Part shown: one piece after another, positions 60,058-64,000 of the stretch
How the letters are laid out: each line of letters opens with the position of its first letter
Numbering within the stretch: the first letter of the stretch is position 1
Made by a program: the position numbers and the translations under genes
From: a bacterium
GTDB lineage: Bacteria > Patescibacteriota > Minisyncoccia > Phycocordibacterales > UBA12088
Assembly (NCBI GenBank): GCA_003252295.1
Contig: QKEV01000015.1
Location: 24,242-88,241, forward strand
Reading direction: 5' to 3'
Length of the DNA: 64,000 nucleotides
The notes under the pieces: generated by a model
What the model saw: only the letters and a program-made list of their open reading frames with translations
Databases searched by the model: none
What the model was told of the DNA's origin: nothing

Positions 60058-60146
60058 TTCTACACGTACACTTCTTTACAAGTCATAATAAAAGCTGTAT
60101 TTTCAAAAAAGAGTTACTAAACTTTACTTCTATTGGGAGGTGCGTT

Positions 60147-60569
60147 ATGAGTGCAAACATAGTGCCTGTAGAACATGGAAGGTATTTGGCTGACAAGAAG
60201 GTAGCAATGAGTGATGCAACAGGATTTCTTACACAAACACATGTTGACAACTTTGCATGGCAGGCAAAGTTAGGGTTGAGTGCAGGTTTACAGGGGAGAG
60301 AGTTTTCGAGAAATGATGTAGAGCGGGTAAAAGTGTTCCTTGTAGAGGTGTTTGGTGTACAGGTGACCAATGTCAGCTATGCGAAGGCATTTGGTCAACG
60401 TAACTTTTACTATATCGGTCATGTGCAAGACAATGCAGGGTTGCGGCTTGTGGGAGTTGACCAACGGTTTGAAGATGTTTTTGAACGTGTAAAAAGATTG
60501 GTAGAGATAGGAGAGTTCACAAATAGAGATGCGTCTGAAATGATGATTAATATCTCAAATAACTACTGA
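60147..60569 (+). CDS. hypothetical protein
   Basis: 140-aa ORF with SD gggaggt. Confidence 0.65.
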   Translation: MSANIVPVEHGRYLADKKVAMSDATGFLTQTHVDNFAWQAKLGLSAGLQGREFSRNDVERVKVFLVEVFGVQVTNVSYAKAFGQRNFYYIGHVQDNAGLRLVGVDQRFEDVFERVKRLVEIGEFTNRDASEMMINISNNY

Positions 60570-60700
60570 CATGAAAGGTTGCAATGAATGATGAAGCACG
60601 TTGATGAGCCATCCTGGTTGTACACAGGGTGGCTCATTTTTTAATGAAAGTATGTTGTTATAGTATCGTCTGTAAAACTATGGATAAAGGAAAACAAAAC

Positions 60701-61774
60701 ATGGAGGATATTGGTTACAGTGCCTTTTTTGAGACGGAACGTGAGAAGCTGGGTCTTATCGATTTCCCTGTTGCACGAGTTGTTGCTGAACATAGAGAGT
60801 TGTACAGGGTGTTGACTGAGCAGGGTGAGCTAGAGGCACGGGTAACCGGTAAGAGGACTTTTGAGGCAACAGGTAGAGAGGACTTCCCTGCTGTTGGTGA
60901 TTTTGTGGTGCTTGATAAGGTGGAAAATGATAAGGCAGTGATACATGAGATCCTACCGAGGAAGACGGTGCTCAAAAGGAAGCGCGGAAACGGTGAAGTA
61001 CAGGTTATTGCAACAAATGTAGACACTGCTTTTATTGTGGAGTCTTTAAACCGTGACTACAGTGTAAACCGTTTTGAGCGGTACTGCGCTATAGCTCGGG
61101 ATAGCGGTATAGTACCTGTTGCTGTACTCAATAAAACTGACCTCATCTCACTTGAGGACAAAGAAGAAAAGGTTAGAGAGCTAAAAGAACGCTTGGGTGA
61201 AGATGTTATTGTGATATGTACGAGCATTGAAACTGGTGAAGGTGTTAATGAACTTGATGCATGTATTACTGCTGGTGCAACGTACTGTTTCCTTGGTTCA
61301 TCTGGTGTTGGTAAATCCTCACTTATTAACGCACTCATTGGTAAAGATGTGCTGGAGGTGCGAGAGATAGGTGAGCAGACAGGTAGAGGTAAACATACCA
61401 CAGTACAGCGTGAAATGTTTTTCTTAGAACATGGTGGAATCCTTATAGACAATCCAGGGGTGCGAGAAGTGGGGCTCACTGACATGCAAGCAGGTATTGG
61501 AGAACAGTTTGCGGTGCTTGAGCAGCTTGGTAAGAAGTGTAAGTTTGCTGACTGTACCCACAGGCATGAACCGGGATGTAAGCTACGCGGTGCAATGGAA
61601 GCAGGACTCATTAATGAGGGTGAGTATGAAAACTATCTTTCCTTAAGGAAAGAAACTGAGCATTTTAGTATGACTGATCAAGAACGAAGAAAGAAAGATA
61701 AGAAATTCGGTAAGTTTCTACAGGTGACAAAAAAAGATCTAAAGCGGATGCATCACAAAGATTACGATCTCTAG
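60701..61774 (+). CDS. rsgA: ribosome small subunit-dependent GTPase A
   Basis: NKTD, GSSGVGKSS, GKHTT, DNPG, CKFADCTHRHEPGC. Confidence 0.93.
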   Translation: MEDIGYSAFFETEREKLGLIDFPVARVVAEHRELYRVLTEQGELEARVTGKRTFEATGREDFPAVGDFVVLDKVENDKAVIHEILPRKTVLKRKRGNGEVQVIATNVDTAFIVESLNRDYSVNRFERYCAIARDSGIVPVAVLNKTDLISLEDKEEKVRELKERLGEDVIVICTSIETGEGVNELDACITAGATYCFLGSSGVGKSSLINALIGKDVLEVREIGEQTGRGKHTTVQREMFFLEHGGILIDNPGVREVGLTDMQAGIGEQFAVLEQLGKKCKFADCTHRHEPGCKLRGAMEAGLINEGEYENYLSLRKETEHFSMTDQERRKKDKKFGKFLQVTKKDLKRMHHKDYDL

Positions 61775-61870
61775 CATCGGTACTACACTCTTGACATATA
61801 GTGAAATCACTTGTACTTTATTGTAAGGAAAAGGGATACTGTTTTCAACTACCAAAAAAGAGGAGGAGTA

Positions 61871-62203
61871 ATGTTAATTATTATCTGCTCAGTAGGTAAC
61901 ATCCAGTCAATGGTTGGAATATTGCAACGTTTACCACGTTCTGGTTGTTGTATCGTGGTATCGCAAGAAGAGCAAACTTCTGAGGCGGTAAAACAGATGG
62001 AACCTATGAATATAGATTTCGTAAGTTCATTATCAGAGTTACCCGATATCTCAGATATGTGTAGGGTAATTTCTGCAGGTGAATCACTACCAGTTGAAAT
62101 CGTTCGTATGACCACTCGAAGACGTTGCTATGTTGATGTAGCAGTGGATTGCTCAGATCCGTTCTTATTTAAGAGGCGAATATTCCGGTATCGCCAGCCA
62201 TAG
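61871..62203 (+). CDS. hypothetical protein
   Basis: SD aggaggag; TTGACA upstream and hairpin downstream. Confidence 0.55.
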   Translation: MLIIICSVGNIQSMVGILQRLPRSGCCIVVSQEEQTSEAVKQMEPMNIDFVSSLSELPDISDMCRVISAGESLPVEIVRMTTRRRCYVDVAVDCSDPFLFKRRIFRYRQP

Positions 62204-62371
62204 TTTTTACCCATTTTTTACAAGACTGCATTCATGCAGTCTTGTCTTGTTTTATGTAATTTTTGTTGACAAGTATGTATACCTGTTGGGGTATATATAA
62301 AACCTGAAAGAAAAGTATGTTCGGTGCGTAGTAATAGGGGCGGTACCCAAGTTAAAAATAACAAACATACA

Positions 62372-62782
62372 ATGAAAACAAAAAACACACTTGCAGTAGG
62401 AGCACTTGCTCTGCCACTACTACTAGGTGCGGGAGCTATGACTGCTTCAGCGTACCAGGGAGATTACACGGTACAAGGACCTATGTACGATGAAGATCGT
62501 CATGAGGCTATGGAAGCGGCATTCGAAAATCTTGATTATGATGCATGGCTTGAGCTCATGGATGGACGTGGACGTATCACGGACATTATTGATAGTGAAG
62601 AGGACTTTGAACTCTTTGCAGAAGCTCATGAGGCAGCTGAAGAGGGTGACTACGATACAGCTGCAGAGATTCGTGAAGAGCTTGGTCTAGGAAATGGAGC
62701 TGGAATGGGTGCAGGATGCACTGGTGAAGGAAATGGTACAAGAGGAGGTCGTGGTATGGGTTACAGACAGAACCAAGGATAG
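62372..62782 (+). CDS. secreted acidic/Gly-rich hypothetical protein
   Basis: Signal peptide; DYDAW...F.EAH....GD...A.EIREELGLG. Confidence 0.75.
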   Translation: MKTKNTLAVGALALPLLLGAGAMTASAYQGDYTVQGPMYDEDRHEAMEAAFENLDYDAWLELMDGRGRITDIIDSEEDFELFAEAHEAAEEGDYDTAAEIREELGLGNGAGMGAGCTGEGNGTRGGRGMGYRQNQG

Positions 62783-62859
62783 TATCAGTTCATAATCAAA
62801 TACATAAATATAAAAACCTCTCAGAATGAGAGGTTTTTATATGTTTTTTGTGAATTTTC

Positions 62860-63999
62860 CTAGTCTTCAAGTTCTATTTCAACTTCGTTTGAGTAGGTGC
62901 CACACTCAGTACCGCCAATGTACTCACAGACGCGTACGTAGTAGGTACCAGCACCATCAAACGCATCAAGGATAGCATCATCTCTTGAGCTGCTGTCATA
63001 TGAGAGGAGTTCATCACTATCTCGTGTTGGATAGGTTGGGTTTTCGTCCATAGACCAGACCACCTTGAATCCTTTTTTCGCGGTTCCATCGGTTTCCCAT
63101 TCAACCTCATTGTTGCTGTTCCCTACTTCAAGATCGATTGCATCAACGTAAGAAGTGTATTCTGATTCAAGTTCTATTTCAACTTCGTTTGAGTAAGCAC
63201 CACATTTGCTGCTGCCAAGATTTTCACAAACTCGTACGTAGTAAGTGCCTGGACCATCAAAAGCGTAGAGGGTTCTTCCACCACCATCTTTGCTGTAGCT
63301 AAGTAGTGACTTGTCGCCGTCACGTGTTGGATAGGTTGGGTTTTCGTCCATAGACCAGACCACCCTAAACCCCTTTTTAGAAGGTTCACTAGATTCCCAA
63401 GTGATGGTTGCTTCATCCTCATCTTCTACCTGAAGGGTGATTTCGATAGAATCCTCATTTGTATCCTCATCTGCGTCTTCATTGTCATCAGTCTCTTCCT
63501 CATCGTCACTCTTGTTGAGCTGTTCACGTTTTTGCTCCTGTTCTTGCTTTCTAAGTGCTATACAGTTGTGATACTGCTCTTGCATCATTGATCGAGTTTG
63601 TGGACCAACGATACCTACCTGATCAATACCATATTTCTCCTGGTATCGCTTAACCGCCTTTTCAGTGAGAGGACCAAAGTATCCTGTGATCTGCCCCTCA
63701 GGGTAAATACTTAGGTCAGACGCAAGGAATTCCTGAAGTTGTGTTACTTCGTCACCTTGTGATCCGAGTTGCAAAGCATTTTTAAATTGTCCGTATGCGC
63801 AAAGGTTGCCTGTTTCGGTATCACTTGATGTGTCCTCTCCATCCTCATCTTCTTCTTGACCAGCTGCGTACTCACGAGCCAAATCAGCTTTATCTTCTGG
63901 GATAATGTTGAGTGCAACGAGCATTTCAATGAGGCTCGAAATATTCACCGTGTCTGCCCTCGCCTGCACGGCACTTGGCTGAAGTGCGTACGTACACGC
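62860..63999 (-). CDS. peptidoglycan-binding domain protein with two tandem ~100-aa C-terminal domains (5' end outside the window)
   Basis: LQLGSQGDEVTQLQEFL..TGYFGPLTEKAV..YQ; duplicated GF.VVWSMDENPTYP...GTYYVRVCE. Confidence 0.85.
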   Translation of the reverse strand, partial: ACTYALQPSAVQARADTVNISSLIEMLVALNIIPEDKADLAREYAAGQEEDEDGEDTSSDTETGNLCAYGQFKNALQLGSQGDEVTQLQEFLASDLSIYPEGQITGYFGPLTEKAVKRYQEKYGIDQVGIVGPQTRSMMQEQYHNCIALRKQEQEQKREQLNKSDDEEETDDNEDADEDTNEDSIEITLQVEDEDEATITWESSEPSKKGFRVVWSMDENPTYPTRDGDKSLLSYSKDGGGRTLYAFDGPGTYYVRVCENLGSSKCGAYSNEVEIELESEYTSYVDAIDLEVGNSNNEVEWETDGTAKKGFKVVWSMDENPTYPTRDSDELLSYDSSSRDDAILDAFDGAGTYYVRVCEYIGGTECGTYSNEVEIELED

Positions 64000-64000
64000 A

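Noticed and set aside
62866-63364. Diversity-generating retroelement TR/VR pair
   Set aside because: Differences are not adenine-specific, both copies are in-frame domains of one gene, and there is no reverse transcriptase in the window.

Overview
This window looks like a chromosomal segment of a reduced-genome bacterium, most likely Patescibacteria/CPR (Parcubacteria-like). That is inferred from gene content and style and was not searched. 1-37 kb is mostly housekeeping: the end of the ribosomal/alpha operon (infA-rpmJ-rpsM-rpsK-rpsD-rpoA-rplQ-rplM-rpsI), mraY-ftsW-murG, a collapsed gltX relic, a Xer recombinase with dif-like half-sites, ROK kinase-pgi, rpmA, rplI, an S41 protease, corA, cysS, a VirD4/HerA-like ATPase, mreB, murA, priA-def-fmt and hpf. 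37.5-64 kb is accessory-rich and centred on tRNA-Asn(GTT) at 40791-40863. Downstream of the tRNA is a ~8.5 kb stack of cargo genes separated by degenerate copies of the tRNA 3' end (GTCC-N7-GGAGCAA). Most of these copies start a related short peptide tail on the minus strand (LLPVLDKFRTVNW, LLRAWDDVRT and others), which look like displaced integrase C-termini, yet no integrase remains. Cargo includes a stand-alone AlaRS-like enzyme with peptidase E and an archaeal-type SAM synthetase, and a Cys-rich small peptide. Two expression grammars coexist: near-leaderless extended -10 core genes, and TTGACA/strong Shine-Dalgarno accessory cassettes. rpsD is frameshifted by a 17-bp tandem duplication. 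No CRISPR array, rRNA or intact transposase was seen.
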